Shown piece by piece: positions 54,825-64,000 of a stretch of DNA of 64,000 nt; the stretch's first letter is position 1, and every line of letters starts with the position of its first letter. Below the pieces are notes generated by a model. That model had not been told where the DNA came from and made no database searches. It saw only the letters and a list, made by a program, of their open reading frames with translations. Both the position numbers and the translations under genes were made by a program. Source of the DNA: Planctomycetota bacterium (lineage in GTDB: Bacteria > Planctomycetota > UBA1135 > GCA-002748355); the NCBI GenBank assembly GCA_027021385.1, contig JALUUL010000052.1:19567-83566 (forward strand), read 5' to 3'.

Positions 54825-57059
54825 CTAATCCTTGTCTTTCTTCCCGCCCTTGCCGAACAGTTCCTCCATCTCCCGCTCGAGCCGGGCCTTCGCCTCGGCG
54901 GCGGCCTGGTCCTCGAACCGGATGACTTCACGCAAGGTGTTCAAGATCCTCGTGAAGGTCTCCAACTGCGTCATGTGCCGAAGCACGAGCCGCATCAAAC
55001 GAGCGACCTCATCATATCCGCTTTCGGTCTTCCGGCGGTCTTCGGGCCGTTCCGAACGGGAATAGAGCGCCAGGGATTTCGCGAGCGCGGGCATGTGACG
55101 GGAACCCAGGGCCTCGAGGGGAAGGACGATCCGGCTTCGCAGGCGGTTCAGCTTGGACTCCTCGGCGAGGCGGTTGTTCCCCATCTCATCCAGGATCTGC
55201 CGGTAGCGGCGTTCGATCGTCAGCACGGTCCGGGCGAGGTGCCGTTCGTGACGTCCGAGCGCCCGGATCCTTCTGGAGATCGCCTCCTTCTGCGCTCCGG
55301 CGTCTCCGAGATCCCTGAAATCGCGGAAATCCGCCGCATCCTCCTCATGACGTTTGAGCACCTTCGCGAACTCGAGCCGTTGTTCGTTCTGCCTTCGGAG
55401 GAGTTCCTTCAACAGTTCCGAGGGTGTCACGACCTTGAATGTGTAAGCATCGGAACGGGAAACCTGCCCGACTCCACCCCCCTCGAGGGGCTTCCGATCC
55501 CGGGCCTCGAAACGGATCGCCAAGAAGTCGCCGGGAAGAACCGGATTGCCGGGATCGAGCAAGGCCTCCGAATTCTTCATCATCGGAAGGAGATCGAAGA
55601 CGACCTTGCGGTCGAAGGCCGGAAGCCCGGCCTCGAAATCCTCGAGCCCGGCCGCTTTCCCTTCCTCGAACCGGGCCCCGCCGCTCCCGACGGCGGCGCT
55701 CTTCCCCTTCGCCCAATCGAGCCGGATCCCTCCCAACCCGAAATCGTCGGTCACGGTCAATTCGACCGGGATCCTCGCCATCGGTGTGATCCTCGTCCCC
55801 AGCCCCCGGACCCGCGCCCGGAGTTTCGGAGGCCGGTCGTCAACAACCCGAAGGAGCAACTGCCGTCCCGGACCCTCGGTCAGGCCGTCCTCGTCCAACA
55901 TGCGGATCTTGAAGAGTCCGCTCCTGCCGGGCTCGATCCGACCGCGGATCCCCCGGCCGTCCGGGGAGAGTTCCGCCGCGGTCCCCCCGCCGTCGCCGAC
56001 GGCGAGCGCCGCCTTCACGAGCCGCTTCGACGACCGGGCCTCGACTTCGAGCACAGCCCCCCGGGGAAGGGTCAGCTCGGCCGCATCCTCGGACACGCGA
56101 TGAGCATCCTTCGCCATGTAGGCCGGATATCGGAGGAGCAGTTCGAGGGACTCGGGTACGGGCCGGTCGACGAGGACGACGTGGAGGAACGGGGTCTGCC
56201 CGTCCCCCCCCTCCGCGCGGACCCGGACCGGGTCCATCAAGCCCGGGAAAGTATAGGTGAAGACGTCCTCGCCCGTGTTCTGGATCATGGGCTCGGTCGC
56301 GCTCCCCCCGTTCTCGAAAGCGTACTCGAGGAAGACCTGCTCGGGAACGACCCCGCCCGCCCGCACCCGCAGGGTCAGATCGTCCCCCCGAGGGGCGACG
56401 AGCCGCCCCTCCCGGACTCCCAGAAAGGAGAGCCGCGTGAACCTCGGCCATTCGACCGAACTCGAAAGGAGGAGGTTGCGCCGCGCCCAGATCGCAAAGG
56501 TCGAGGGATCGACGGCCCAGCCCGCCGCGAGGACGGCGGAAGCGAGGAGGGCGATCGACCCGGCCCGGCGCACCTTCTCCCTTCTCAAGGCCCTGTCCAT
56601 GTCCGGCGCAGCAAGGGCGGCCGGGAGGGCCGCGACCGCGGCGGCCATCAAGGCGGGGGAATCCCCCCGCGTCTCCCCCGACTCCAGGCGCTTCGCGAAC
56701 TGGATCGCGGAGATGAAGCGCTGGCCGAGCCCCGGGCTCGCGCGCTCGACGGCGAGGGCGAGTTCCTCGTCGACGAGAGAGGACCGGAGAGGGCGCACGA
56801 CGAGGCGGAGGAGGCGGCGGACCGTCCAGGCGGCCCAAAGAGCCAGGAGAACGGCTCGGGCCGGCGTCTCGAGCCGGAGCCATCGGTCGAGCCAGAGGGT
56901 CAGGAGCCAGTAGCCGAGAAAAACGGGCAGTAAGAAACCCGCCCCTTCGAGCAGAACGCCGCGGCGGACCCTCGATCGAAGCACGCCGAGTCTCCCGCGG
57001 AAGGGCGCGAGCACGTCGTCGACCCGGCTGAAACCCTCGGGAAGAACGGTTTGACTCAT
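54825..57059 (-). CDS. Membrane-anchored hypothetical protein (DUF4175-like architecture), ~745 aa
   Basis: An N-terminal pair of TM helices is present (GVLLEGAGFLLPVFLGYWLLTLW, AVLLALWAAWTV). A large beta-rich periplasmic body and a helical C-terminus follow. The start at 57059 (MSQTVLPEGF) avoids overlap with the upstream gene. Confidence 0.65.
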   Translation of the reverse strand: MSQTVLPEGFSRVDDVLAPFRGRLGVLRSRVRRGVLLEGAGFLLPVFLGYWLLTLWLDRWLRLETPARAVLLALWAAWTVRRLLRLVVRPLRSSLVDEELALAVERASPGLGQRFISAIQFAKRLESGETRGDSPALMAAAVAALPAALAAPDMDRALRREKVRRAGSIALLASAVLAAGWAVDPSTFAIWARRNLLLSSSVEWPRFTRLSFLGVREGRLVAPRGDDLTLRVRAGGVVPEQVFLEYAFENGGSATEPMIQNTGEDVFTYTFPGLMDPVRVRAEGGDGQTPFLHVVLVDRPVPESLELLLRYPAYMAKDAHRVSEDAAELTLPRGAVLEVEARSSKRLVKAALAVGDGGGTAAELSPDGRGIRGRIEPGRSGLFKIRMLDEDGLTEGPGRQLLLRVVDDRPPKLRARVRGLGTRITPMARIPVELTVTDDFGLGGIRLDWAKGKSAAVGSGGARFEEGKAAGLEDFEAGLPAFDRKVVFDLLPMMKNSEALLDPGNPVLPGDFLAIRFEARDRKPLEGGGVGQVSRSDAYTFKVVTPSELLKELLRRQNEQRLEFAKVLKRHEEDAADFRDFRDLGDAGAQKEAISRRIRALGRHERHLARTVLTIERRYRQILDEMGNNRLAEESKLNRLRSRIVLPLEALGSRHMPALAKSLALYSRSERPEDRRKTESGYDEVARLMRLVLRHMTQLETFTRILNTLREVIRFEDQAAAEAKARLEREMEELFGKGGKKDKD

Positions 57060-57070
57060 TCCAGACGACC

Positions 57071-59548
57071 TCAAAGGAGATTCCAGCGTTTGCGAAGGAC
57101 CCATTCGATCGTCAGAAAGAAGACGACGAGGGCGAGAAGGACCCAGTTGTCCCAGATCGAGGTCGGAAGGGCGAACACCGCGGTCTGGGACATCGAGGGG
57201 ACCCCCTCCAGAGCCTTCGAGAGTTCCCCGGGCGCGAGGAGGACTCCTCCCGCCGCTTCGGCGAAGCGCCTGAGGGCCGCGCGCGCCATCGGCCCCTTGC
57301 TTTCGAGTTCGGAGCGCATGACCTCGAAACTCGCCGGTGGAGAGGTCCCCTCCCCGGTCAGGACGAAAGCCTTCCAGATCCCGATCGCATTCGGCCGGAA
57401 GCGGCCGACGAACCTCCCCGCCTGCCCCGAAGCCTTCAGTTCGAGGTCTTCGCTATGCCCGTCCGGTCCCTGCATCCTCACCGACACCGTGTCGGCGACG
57501 AGCGGTTCGAGTCGCTCGTCGAGGGCACGGAGATAGACTTCGACCTGCTTGCCGAGCATGACTCTGTCCGCGGAGAGGCCCAATCGGAGCCTCGAGGACC
57601 CCCCGGCCAGACGCCCTTCACAGAGGTAGCGGATGCCCTTCAGCCAATAACTGTCGTACTGGGACTCCGCCACCCCGAACCAGCGGTAGATCTCGTCCGT
57701 CCCCTGGAAGGTCACACGGCCCGCGCCGACGTACTGCGTCACGAGAATCGGTCTCGGACCATCGGAGGTCGTCAGCACGGGGTTGGGGTGCCTGCACAGG
57801 ATCTGCGCGGCCGGTTTCTTCCGGAGGACGGGAAAGGACCAGTAGAAGCCCGGCAGCCCCTTCCACATCGTCTCGTTGAGCATCGTGTCCTCGACGAGCC
57901 TCAGCATCCGGTGCTCCCTTCCCTCGGGAGTCAGGGTCCAGGGCCAGGGAGTCTTGTAGTAGTTCCCGTATCCGAGTTCGTGCTCCGCGGTTGTCAAGTC
58001 GGGAACGATCGGAAGGAGTTCGACGAGGGGAGAGAGGATGGAACCCTCCTTCATCGCGTAGAGGGAGAACTTCTCTCCCGCGATCCACCAAAGCCCCGTC
58101 CCTCTCTTCACGATCGCCTCCGCGAGGTTTCTCGCGAACTCGGGGGGGAGGAGCACCGGGTCGGGATCGATGAGAATCACGACGTCCCAGGCGTCGAGGG
58201 CCTCCGCGGAGGAGGGGAGGGCCTTCAATGTCGTGTTCCCGTCCTGAGGGAAATCCTTCGAGGCGTTCTCGAGCCAGGTCGCGACGTGGACCGTGTCGTC
58301 GCGGATCAGCTGCGTCTTCAAGGTCCGGAACTCGTGACTGGGTCCGCCCGCCACGAGTAGGACCTTGAGCTGAGACCCGATGACCTGGACCTTCTGGGCC
58401 CGGCGGTGCTTCTCCGGATCGAAGGCCTCCCCCTGCGGAGGATCGACCTCGACCACGAGCAGGTGCTCGCCTTCACGATCGAGCTTGACCGGGGGGAAGA
58501 CCGCCTCCACGGAGGGGCGCGATCGACCGACCTCGACCTGGACGCTGGCGAGGACCTTTCCTCCGCCTCCCTTCGGATCGTCCTGCTTCAGGCGCACGGT
58601 CACGCTCTCGTCCTCGTACCCCTGCGCGCTGACGACGGCGGTGACCTTCAGCGGATCCCCCTTGAACACGCGCTCGGCGGCCTGGACGTCCCGGAGTTCG
58701 AGGCTCCAGGTCTCTTCCGGGTCTCCGATCCCCACGACGAGGAGGCGGCCGGCCTTCCTCCGGGCGAGGAAGGCTCCCGCCTCCTCGGGAGCCCCCCCAG
58801 CATTGATCCTTCCGTCGGTCAACACGAGGACCGCGGCGATCCTCGCGTCGCGGGCCTCCTCGAGCGCCTGCCTCAAGGAAGCGGTCAGGTTCGTGCTCCC
58901 CTCCTCCGGCCGGCATCTCGCCCATTCGATCCGAGGCGCGGGGGGGAGGACCCCTGCCTTCCTCTCCCCTTCGATCCCCTCCGCCTCCTTCTCCCCCTTC
59001 TTCTTTCCTTCCCCCCCGGAGAGGGGCATCGCGCGCAACCCGGAGCCGAAGAGATAGGGTCGCACCAGGTTCTTCGCGGCGAGGCGCTCGAGGACCTTTT
59101 CGCGCTCCAGGAGTCGCCCGACCAGATCGAAACGACTCGCGGCCGAGGGTTCCTCGACCCCCAGCGCCTTCCAGGCGGCCGCGAGGTCCTCCGACCGGGC
59201 GTATCGGTCCCTGTGCCCCATCGACTGCGAGGCATCCACGAGGATCAGCACCTGGCCGGGCCGCACGTGCCTCCGAATCCGCACGACCGTCGGTTCGAGC
59301 AGGAGGATGCAGACCAAGGCAAGGGCCGCGAGCCGGAGGATCGCGAGAAAGGCTCTCCTTCCCGGAGAGAGCCGGCTGGCGTCCCTGCGGTAGATCCACA
59401 GGATGCCGAGAACGACCCCGGCGAAGCCCGCCAAGAGAAGGAGGGCCAAGGCCCCCTCGGGCATGGAGGCGAATTCGAAGCGGAGCGTGTCTCCGGGAGG
59501 AAGCTCCTCCGATCCGAAGCCCGCCAGCCATTTGAGGATCTGTTCCAT
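57071..59548 (-). CDS. Membrane protein with VWA-like domain (MIDAS DASQS) and C-terminal TM anchor, 825 aa
   Basis: The N-terminal TM pair is ALALLLLAGFAGVVLGILWIY and AFLAILRLAALALVCILLL. The MIDAS motif is VLILVDASQSMG. The C-terminal helix is NWVLLALVVFFLTIEWVL. Confidence 0.75.
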   Translation of the reverse strand: MEQILKWLAGFGSEELPPGDTLRFEFASMPEGALALLLLAGFAGVVLGILWIYRRDASRLSPGRRAFLAILRLAALALVCILLLEPTVVRIRRHVRPGQVLILVDASQSMGHRDRYARSEDLAAAWKALGVEEPSAASRFDLVGRLLEREKVLERLAAKNLVRPYLFGSGLRAMPLSGGEGKKKGEKEAEGIEGERKAGVLPPAPRIEWARCRPEEGSTNLTASLRQALEEARDARIAAVLVLTDGRINAGGAPEEAGAFLARRKAGRLLVVGIGDPEETWSLELRDVQAAERVFKGDPLKVTAVVSAQGYEDESVTVRLKQDDPKGGGGKVLASVQVEVGRSRPSVEAVFPPVKLDREGEHLLVVEVDPPQGEAFDPEKHRRAQKVQVIGSQLKVLLVAGGPSHEFRTLKTQLIRDDTVHVATWLENASKDFPQDGNTTLKALPSSAEALDAWDVVILIDPDPVLLPPEFARNLAEAIVKRGTGLWWIAGEKFSLYAMKEGSILSPLVELLPIVPDLTTAEHELGYGNYYKTPWPWTLTPEGREHRMLRLVEDTMLNETMWKGLPGFYWSFPVLRKKPAAQILCRHPNPVLTTSDGPRPILVTQYVGAGRVTFQGTDEIYRWFGVAESQYDSYWLKGIRYLCEGRLAGGSSRLRLGLSADRVMLGKQVEVYLRALDERLEPLVADTVSVRMQGPDGHSEDLELKASGQAGRFVGRFRPNAIGIWKAFVLTGEGTSPPASFEVMRSELESKGPMARAALRRFAEAAGGVLLAPGELSKALEGVPSMSQTAVFALPTSIWDNWVLLALVVFFLTIEWVLRKRWNLL

Positions 59549-59567
59549 ATCCGTCCGTGCAGGAAGA

Positions 59568-61814
59568 TCAGTGATGTCCGAAGCGCCAGGCGAGGAGGCT
59601 CTCGGAAAGGAGGAAGAGAAGGAGGGCGAAGGCGAGGACGCGCCAGATCTCCCCCTCCTCGGCGAAGATCCCCGCCTGCGCCTCCCCCGTCCCCTCGATC
59701 CAACGGGAGTTCTCCGCGAGATCCCGAGGGAGCCGGGAGAGGATCTCCCCGCGACGGAGGATCTCGACCCGTCCTTCCTCCGGCCAGGGTGAAACCGTGA
59801 AGAACCGAAGTTCCTTCGCTCCGTCGGTCCGCGCGAGTTCCAGCTTCAAGGGCCCCGCCCCGGGCCAGGACCGGCCGTCCTCGGGGGATACGGACAGATC
59901 GAGGAGATCGGGCTCGTCCGCCCGGGGGACCGCGTGGACCAGCCGCTCCCCGAACCCGTCGTCCCGTTCGACCGCGGGCAAGAGACGGACCTCGCTCGAA
60001 TACTCGGCTGCGGCCAAGTCGAAGCGCCGGACTCCCCTAGGACCCAGATTTCGTGGGGAGAGGTCCTCCTTCCTCATCAGGGTGTCCACGAGGCGAGAGC
60101 AGAGGACCGGATACGAGAAGTCCGCCGGCCAGTTCGTCCAGGAGGCGTCGGCCGTCGTCGTCATCAATCCGACCCTCCCCTTCCCGAAGCGTCCCTCGAT
60201 CAGGAGGGGAGGCCCCGACTCGTCCCGCAGCCTGAGCACGACCCGGGCCTCGTCGCCGAGCCTCGGGGCCCCCTTCGGGTCCGCCGCGATCCGGTTCCAG
60301 CGACCGATCCGGACGAGACGGAGGAGCCCCTCCATCAGGTCTCCGATCTCGGAAACCAGAGGATGCTCGGAATCCACGAGGACGGGGGGGACCGGATGGT
60401 CCAGGTCTCCTCCGATCTCCGCGAGGGCCGCGGGGAGGAGCCCCCTCCCTTCCTTCCAGAAGAGGCGGTTCCAGGTCTCCGGGTCCACCTGGTCCCCGGT
60501 GAAGAAGAAGAGGCCGCCTCCTCCGCGGACATAGGCCTCGAGGTCCGCGAGCTGTTCGTCCGAGACCGATGCGACGTTGGCGAGGACGACGAGGTCGAAG
60601 CCCTCGAGCGGGCGGTCCCCGAACTCGTTGTCGTCCATCCGAGTCACGGCCGCGCTCGAGGTCCCGTCCTCGGTCGGATCCAGGGCCGAGGACAGGTAGA
60701 ACGTCTCGGAAAGCTCCTCGCGCTCGCCTGGATCGCCGTCGACGAGGAGGACCCGGGCATGGGGCGCGACGGGGAAGGCGAGCGCGCGCCGGTCGTCGAT
60801 CGGCAACCGGTCCGCGGGAAGAGAGGCCTCGACGAAATGGTCTCCCTCGGTCTCAAACCCCACGCGGAAGACGACTCCGACCTCCCCCCCCGGGGGAACG
60901 GCGGGAATCCGCCGCACGAGACGCGTCCCCCCGTCGAGACGGAATCCGAGTTCGCAACCTTCGGTCGCGCGCCGTCCGAGGTTCGCGACGGTGACCTCGA
61001 AGCGCGCCTCCACGTTCTTCAGCACACGGGCGCCTAGGAGTTGGATCCTCGTGACCGCGAGGTTCCGATCCGCGCCTCGCAGGACGGGCAGGAGGAAGAA
61101 CCGGGTCTCGCCTCCTCGAAGGGCGCGAAGCCCCTTGACGATTCCCTCGTCCAGCCCTCCGTTCCGCCCTTCGAAATCGACCTTGCGGAAATCGCTCACG
61201 AAGTAGAGGGAGAGACGCTGCGCCCTCTCTCCCACGATCTCGTCCAGCTTGCGGACCCTCTCCAGGACCTCGGCGGGACGGAAACGATCCGGGGTCGCGC
61301 GCGGCTCCCGGAGGATCTCGTTCATCTCCGCCCCGAGGTCCAAGGTCACCGGACGGGCGTGGAGGAGGGGCTTTGCGCGGGAAGCGAGGAGCACGGTCAG
61401 AAGGTCCCCGCTCCGGGTCCGGGAGAGCCCGGTCACGAGCTGCAACACCCGCCGCCGCCCCTCATCGAAGGCCGTGCCCGCGCCCGAGGATGCGGTCATG
61501 CTCCCCGAATCGTCCAGGACGATGCAGTGGTGCACGACCTTGCGGGCCAAGCCCAGGAAATCGTCGGAAGAGGCCTTCGGCCTCGCGAGGAGGAAGGCGA
61601 GCAGGGCCGGGATCGCCATCCGCAGGAGGAGCAGCAGCAACTGCTCGAAGCGGACTCTTCTCCGGTTCTCCTTGAAGGCGCGGAGGAGGAACTCCATCGC
61701 CGCCCAATCGAGGATCCTAAAGCGCCTGCGGTTGAGGATGTGGATGATCAGAGGGACGGAAGCGAGCCCGGCGCCCCAAAGGAGAAAAGGATTGAGAAAG
61801 GAGAATCCGATCAT
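59568..61814 (-). CDS. BatA-N (N-terminal double-TM, TIGR02226-type) + VWA domain protein, 748 aa
   Basis: MIGFSFLNPFLLWGAGLASVPLIIHILNRRRFRILDWAAMEFL is the aerotolerance-regulator N-terminal motif. The MIDAS motif is CIVLDDSGSMT. A C-terminal TM helix is present (WRVLAFALLLFLLSESLLAW). Confidence 0.8.
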   Translation of the reverse strand: MIGFSFLNPFLLWGAGLASVPLIIHILNRRRFRILDWAAMEFLLRAFKENRRRVRFEQLLLLLLRMAIPALLAFLLARPKASSDDFLGLARKVVHHCIVLDDSGSMTASSGAGTAFDEGRRRVLQLVTGLSRTRSGDLLTVLLASRAKPLLHARPVTLDLGAEMNEILREPRATPDRFRPAEVLERVRKLDEIVGERAQRLSLYFVSDFRKVDFEGRNGGLDEGIVKGLRALRGGETRFFLLPVLRGADRNLAVTRIQLLGARVLKNVEARFEVTVANLGRRATEGCELGFRLDGGTRLVRRIPAVPPGGEVGVVFRVGFETEGDHFVEASLPADRLPIDDRRALAFPVAPHARVLLVDGDPGEREELSETFYLSSALDPTEDGTSSAAVTRMDDNEFGDRPLEGFDLVVLANVASVSDEQLADLEAYVRGGGGLFFFTGDQVDPETWNRLFWKEGRGLLPAALAEIGGDLDHPVPPVLVDSEHPLVSEIGDLMEGLLRLVRIGRWNRIAADPKGAPRLGDEARVVLRLRDESGPPLLIEGRFGKGRVGLMTTTADASWTNWPADFSYPVLCSRLVDTLMRKEDLSPRNLGPRGVRRFDLAAAEYSSEVRLLPAVERDDGFGERLVHAVPRADEPDLLDLSVSPEDGRSWPGAGPLKLELARTDGAKELRFFTVSPWPEEGRVEILRRGEILSRLPRDLAENSRWIEGTGEAQAGIFAEEGEIWRVLAFALLLFLLSESLLAWRFGHH

Positions 61815-61826
61815 CGATGCAACCCG

Positions 61827-62912
61827 TCAGCGCTGCAGGATCGGGAGGCGGGCATAGGGCAACTGCAGGATGACCAGCGCGATCGCCGTCCCGTAGGTGT
61901 ACCCGACGCCGTCCCCCATCCAGGACCCGTCCGAGCGTTGCTGCTTGAGCAGCCAGCGCGACTTCCTTTCGTAGTAACGTTCCCAGTCCTTTCCTCCGGC
62001 CTGATAGAGGGCCTGAGCGAGGTAGAGATGCGCGTAGTAATGGTGTCCGCCTCCGCCGCCGCTCGGCAGGGTGCGTTTCGCGTAGGCCAGGGCGCGGGTC
62101 CCCATCTCGTGGTCGTATTTCCCCGCGTTGTAGAGGACCGCACAGGCCGCCGCCGTGATCGCCGGACGTGACGGCCCCTGGAATCGTGCTCCGTATCGAA
62201 TCCCCCCGTCAGGGTTCACCGAATCGGCGATGTACTGGACGGCGTTCTTGATGACCTTGATCGGGACAGAGAGTCCGGCGTTGCGACAGGCCCGAAGCCC
62301 CTGCACCTGGGTCACGGTCACGCTCCCCTCGTCCGAGGAGTCCTCGGGAGCGTAGTTCCAACCGCCATAGGAAGATTGGCTCCGCGCGGTGAGCTTGATC
62401 GCGTTCTCCAGGACGCGACGCAGTCTCCGTTGCATTTTGAGGTCCACCTCCATGCCGTAGACCTCGGCGAGGAAGAGCATCGCGAAGCCGTGCCCGTACA
62501 TCGGCCGTTCTTCCTCGGCGATGACCGTGATGAGTCCGTTCTTGAGCTGCCGCCTCAGAAGGAAATCCACGGCCCTACGGACGTTCGGCGCGTAAGGGCC
62601 GCGGGTCGTCGTCGAGCCCGTCGCGAGGAGGGAGAACCCCGCGAGGGCCGTCATCGCGACGGGATAGCCGTTGTAGCCTCCGTTCGCCCTCCAGGATCCG
62701 TCCCGGTTCTGCGTCCGCGCGAGAAAGCGCGCACCCCGCGATATGGCCTTCTCGATCTCCGGCGTGACCCCCTTCGGGAGGAACCGCCCGGAGGGGCCCG
62801 TCGCGGGGATCCGTTTCTTTCCCCCGTCCTCCTGCGCGGAGAGTGGACCGGCGAGCCCCGGGAGGGTGAGACAGGCGACCGTGAGAAGAGCGAATGAATC
62901 CGAAATCCTCAT
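61827..62912 (-). CDS. Secreted prenyltransferase/squalene-oxidase-repeat (terpenoid cyclase beta-domain-like) protein, 362 aa
   Basis: The signal peptide is MRISDSFALLTVACLTLPGLAG. Recurrent QxxDGSW-type repeats are present (TQNRDGSWRA, SQSSYGGWNY, VNPDGGIRY, QQRSDGSWMG). The ATG overlaps the upstream stop (ATGA). The tracked start at 63257 is an extension. Confidence 0.8.
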   Translation of the reverse strand: MRISDSFALLTVACLTLPGLAGPLSAQEDGGKKRIPATGPSGRFLPKGVTPEIEKAISRGARFLARTQNRDGSWRANGGYNGYPVAMTALAGFSLLATGSTTTRGPYAPNVRRAVDFLLRRQLKNGLITVIAEEERPMYGHGFAMLFLAEVYGMEVDLKMQRRLRRVLENAIKLTARSQSSYGGWNYAPEDSSDEGSVTVTQVQGLRACRNAGLSVPIKVIKNAVQYIADSVNPDGGIRYGARFQGPSRPAITAAACAVLYNAGKYDHEMGTRALAYAKRTLPSGGGGGHHYYAHLYLAQALYQAGGKDWERYYERKSRWLLKQQRSDGSWMGDGVGYTYGTAIALVILQLPYARLPILQR

Positions 62913-64000
62913 TCCCGTCCTTTCCCCTTCCCGGCCGGCCCCAGATTCATCAGGGAGAGCTTCTCCTTCAACCTCCGCAGTTCGGCCGTCCTCTCTCCGG
63001 CCTTTTCGAGCAGGAGGACCCGGTGGAGGAGGAGGACGGGGTCCGCTTCCATGCCGAGGATGCGCTGCGCCTCGTCGAGTCTCCGCAGGGAGGCCTCCAG
63101 GCCCTCCCTGGCGAGTCCGGCCTCCGCGAGTTCCCCGCTCAACCTCGCGAAGAGCGCCCCCCAGCTCTCCCCCGTCAGGGGGTCTCCTCCCGCCGACGCC
63201 GGCCGGTCGCCCGGACGCAGGCTCCCCTCCTCCAGGGCCCGCCGCAATGCCGTCCATGCTTCGTCGATCCTCTGGAGGGCGAGCAGCCGGCAGACCCGGC
63301 TCCCCGGATCCTTCGCGTGATCGATCAGGTCTTCCGGAACCGCGTAGGCGTCGATCCCGGCTTCGGACACGACCAGCAGAAAACGGTCCGCGAGTTCAAG
63401 GGTTGCCGGCAGCGCTTCCTTCTCTTCTCCCAGCGGGGGCGCGAGCCGGTAGACCGCATCCTGGAGGCCGTCCTCGACCCGGAAGCGGAGGATCTCCTCC
63501 CCGGAGGGCAGGTAGACCCGCCCCGCGACCACCATGCCCCGCCCGCTCGGGGGCCTGTCGAGAGGAGTCTCCCAAAGACGCTTGCCGCTGACCAGGTCGA
63601 CGCATTGCAGGTGGCTGCCCGTGAGGAGGATCCGGTCCCCCTCGACCCCGACCAGGTCATGGAGTTCGATCTCACGGATCCCTTGCTCGACCCGCGGAAG
63701 CATCCAGAGGACCTTCCCCGAATTCGCGTCCAGACAGAGGAGGGCATCCGAATCCGTCGGGAAGATCAGAACCCGGCCCTTCCGCAGGATCGGGGGATGC
63801 GGCGCCCACTTCCGCAATGGAACCTCCCGGACCCCCCACCATCTCCCTCGGGGGATCGAGCGCGTCCGGATCCGGTCCTGATGCCGGGTTCGGGTCTCGT
63901 AGCGCCGGAGCCAGAGGAGTTCGAGATCCGGGAGGCGGAACGCGGCCACGACCCCGGCGTTCGTCTGGTGGATCAGGAGGTCCCCGCTCCTCACCGGGGG
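62909..64000 (-). CDS. PQQ-like beta-propeller repeat protein with helical C-terminal region (5' end outside window)
   Basis: Repeats of the type LCLDANSGKVLWM and CVDLVSGKRLWET are present. The frame stays open to base 64000 (PPVRSGDLL...), so the tracked GTG start at 63994 is probably internal. Confidence 0.75.
   Translation of the reverse strand, partial: PPVRSGDLLIHQTNAGVVAAFRLPDLELLWLRRYETRTRHQDRIRTRSIPRGRWWGVREVPLRKWAPHPPILRKGRVLIFPTDSDALLCLDANSGKVLWMLPRVEQGIREIELHDLVGVEGDRILLTGSHLQCVDLVSGKRLWETPLDRPPSGRGMVVAGRVYLPSGEEILRFRVEDGLQDAVYRLAPPLGEEKEALPATLELADRFLLVVSEAGIDAYAVPEDLIDHAKDPGSRVCRLLALQRIDEAWTALRRALEEGSLRPGDRPASAGGDPLTGESWGALFARLSGELAEAGLAREGLEASLRRLDEAQRILGMEADPVLLLHRVLLLEKAGERTAELRRLKEKLSLMNLGPAGKGKGRE

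Noticed and set aside
53120-56933. Plus-strand ORFs of 601 aa (53120..54925) and 1093 aa (53652..56933).
   Set aside because: They are antisense to the coiled-coil and DUF4175-like genes. Their translations are Ser/Arg/Pro low-complexity, whereas the minus-strand products have coherent coiled-coil and TM architecture.
1-64000. Search by eye for tRNA/rRNA genes, CRISPR repeat-spacer arrays, IS/transposase or integrase genes, phage genes and known defence-system signatures. The longer intergenic gaps examined include 14108-14496, 44001-44238 and 45772-45957.
   Set aside because: Nothing convincing was found. The intergenic regions lack cloverleaf-like or repeat structure, and no nuclease, ATPase or methylase modules typical of defence islands were recognised. 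A covariance-model scan (Infernal/Rfam, tRNAscan-SE) would be needed for certainty.

Overview
This is a very GC-rich bacterial chromosomal fragment with about 46 protein-coding genes. I found no rRNA, tRNA, CRISPR array or transposase/IS element. High GC produces long shadow ORFs in nearly every frame, so calls rest on recognisable motifs, signal peptides or pilin leaders, and start/stop coupling rather than ORF length.

Housekeeping blocks:
- carB and a transaldolase-family gene (2-3177).
- trxA, then hbd, crotonase and an MDR oxidoreductase (14.5-17.7 kb).
- Ferredoxin, a YfcH-type epimerase, a HIT protein and a scramblase-like protein (17.8-20.1 kb).
- A SahR-like regulator coupled to metH (22.9-27.3 kb).
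- Glutamate-cysteine ligase (35.1-36.6 kb), glcDEF (38.6-42.5 kb) and a PduO-type adenosyltransferase (46.0-46.5 kb).

Accessory, envelope-oriented content worth a second look:
1. An orphan GT2 plus three-pseudopilin operon (7.4-14.1 kb). It includes an 1131-aa protein with a perfect prepilin leader and an unrecognised roughly 1000-aa body.
2. A co-directional, tightly coupled minus-strand operon of at least 17 kb and at least 10 genes (46.6 kb to beyond 64 kb). It combines a PQQ-like propeller, a terpenoid-cyclase-like repeat protein, BatA-N/VWA proteins, a 642-aa coiled coil, TPR-like and NPCBM-like proteins, and one live plus two catalytically dead HtrA-type domains.
3. A kinase C-lobe-only pseudokinase fused to a GT-C membrane glycosyltransferase (32.8-35.1 kb).
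4. Three tandem secreted proteins sharing an unnamed module (42.4-45.8 kb).
5. A Ser/Thr kinase-FGE fusion whose N-terminus is split by a 1-nt frameshift in a C7 run (6800-6806).

Gene content suggests a PVC/Planctomycetota-like or similarly envelope-rich lineage, but that is a low-confidence impression. All family assignments come from reading motifs by eye; no searches were run.
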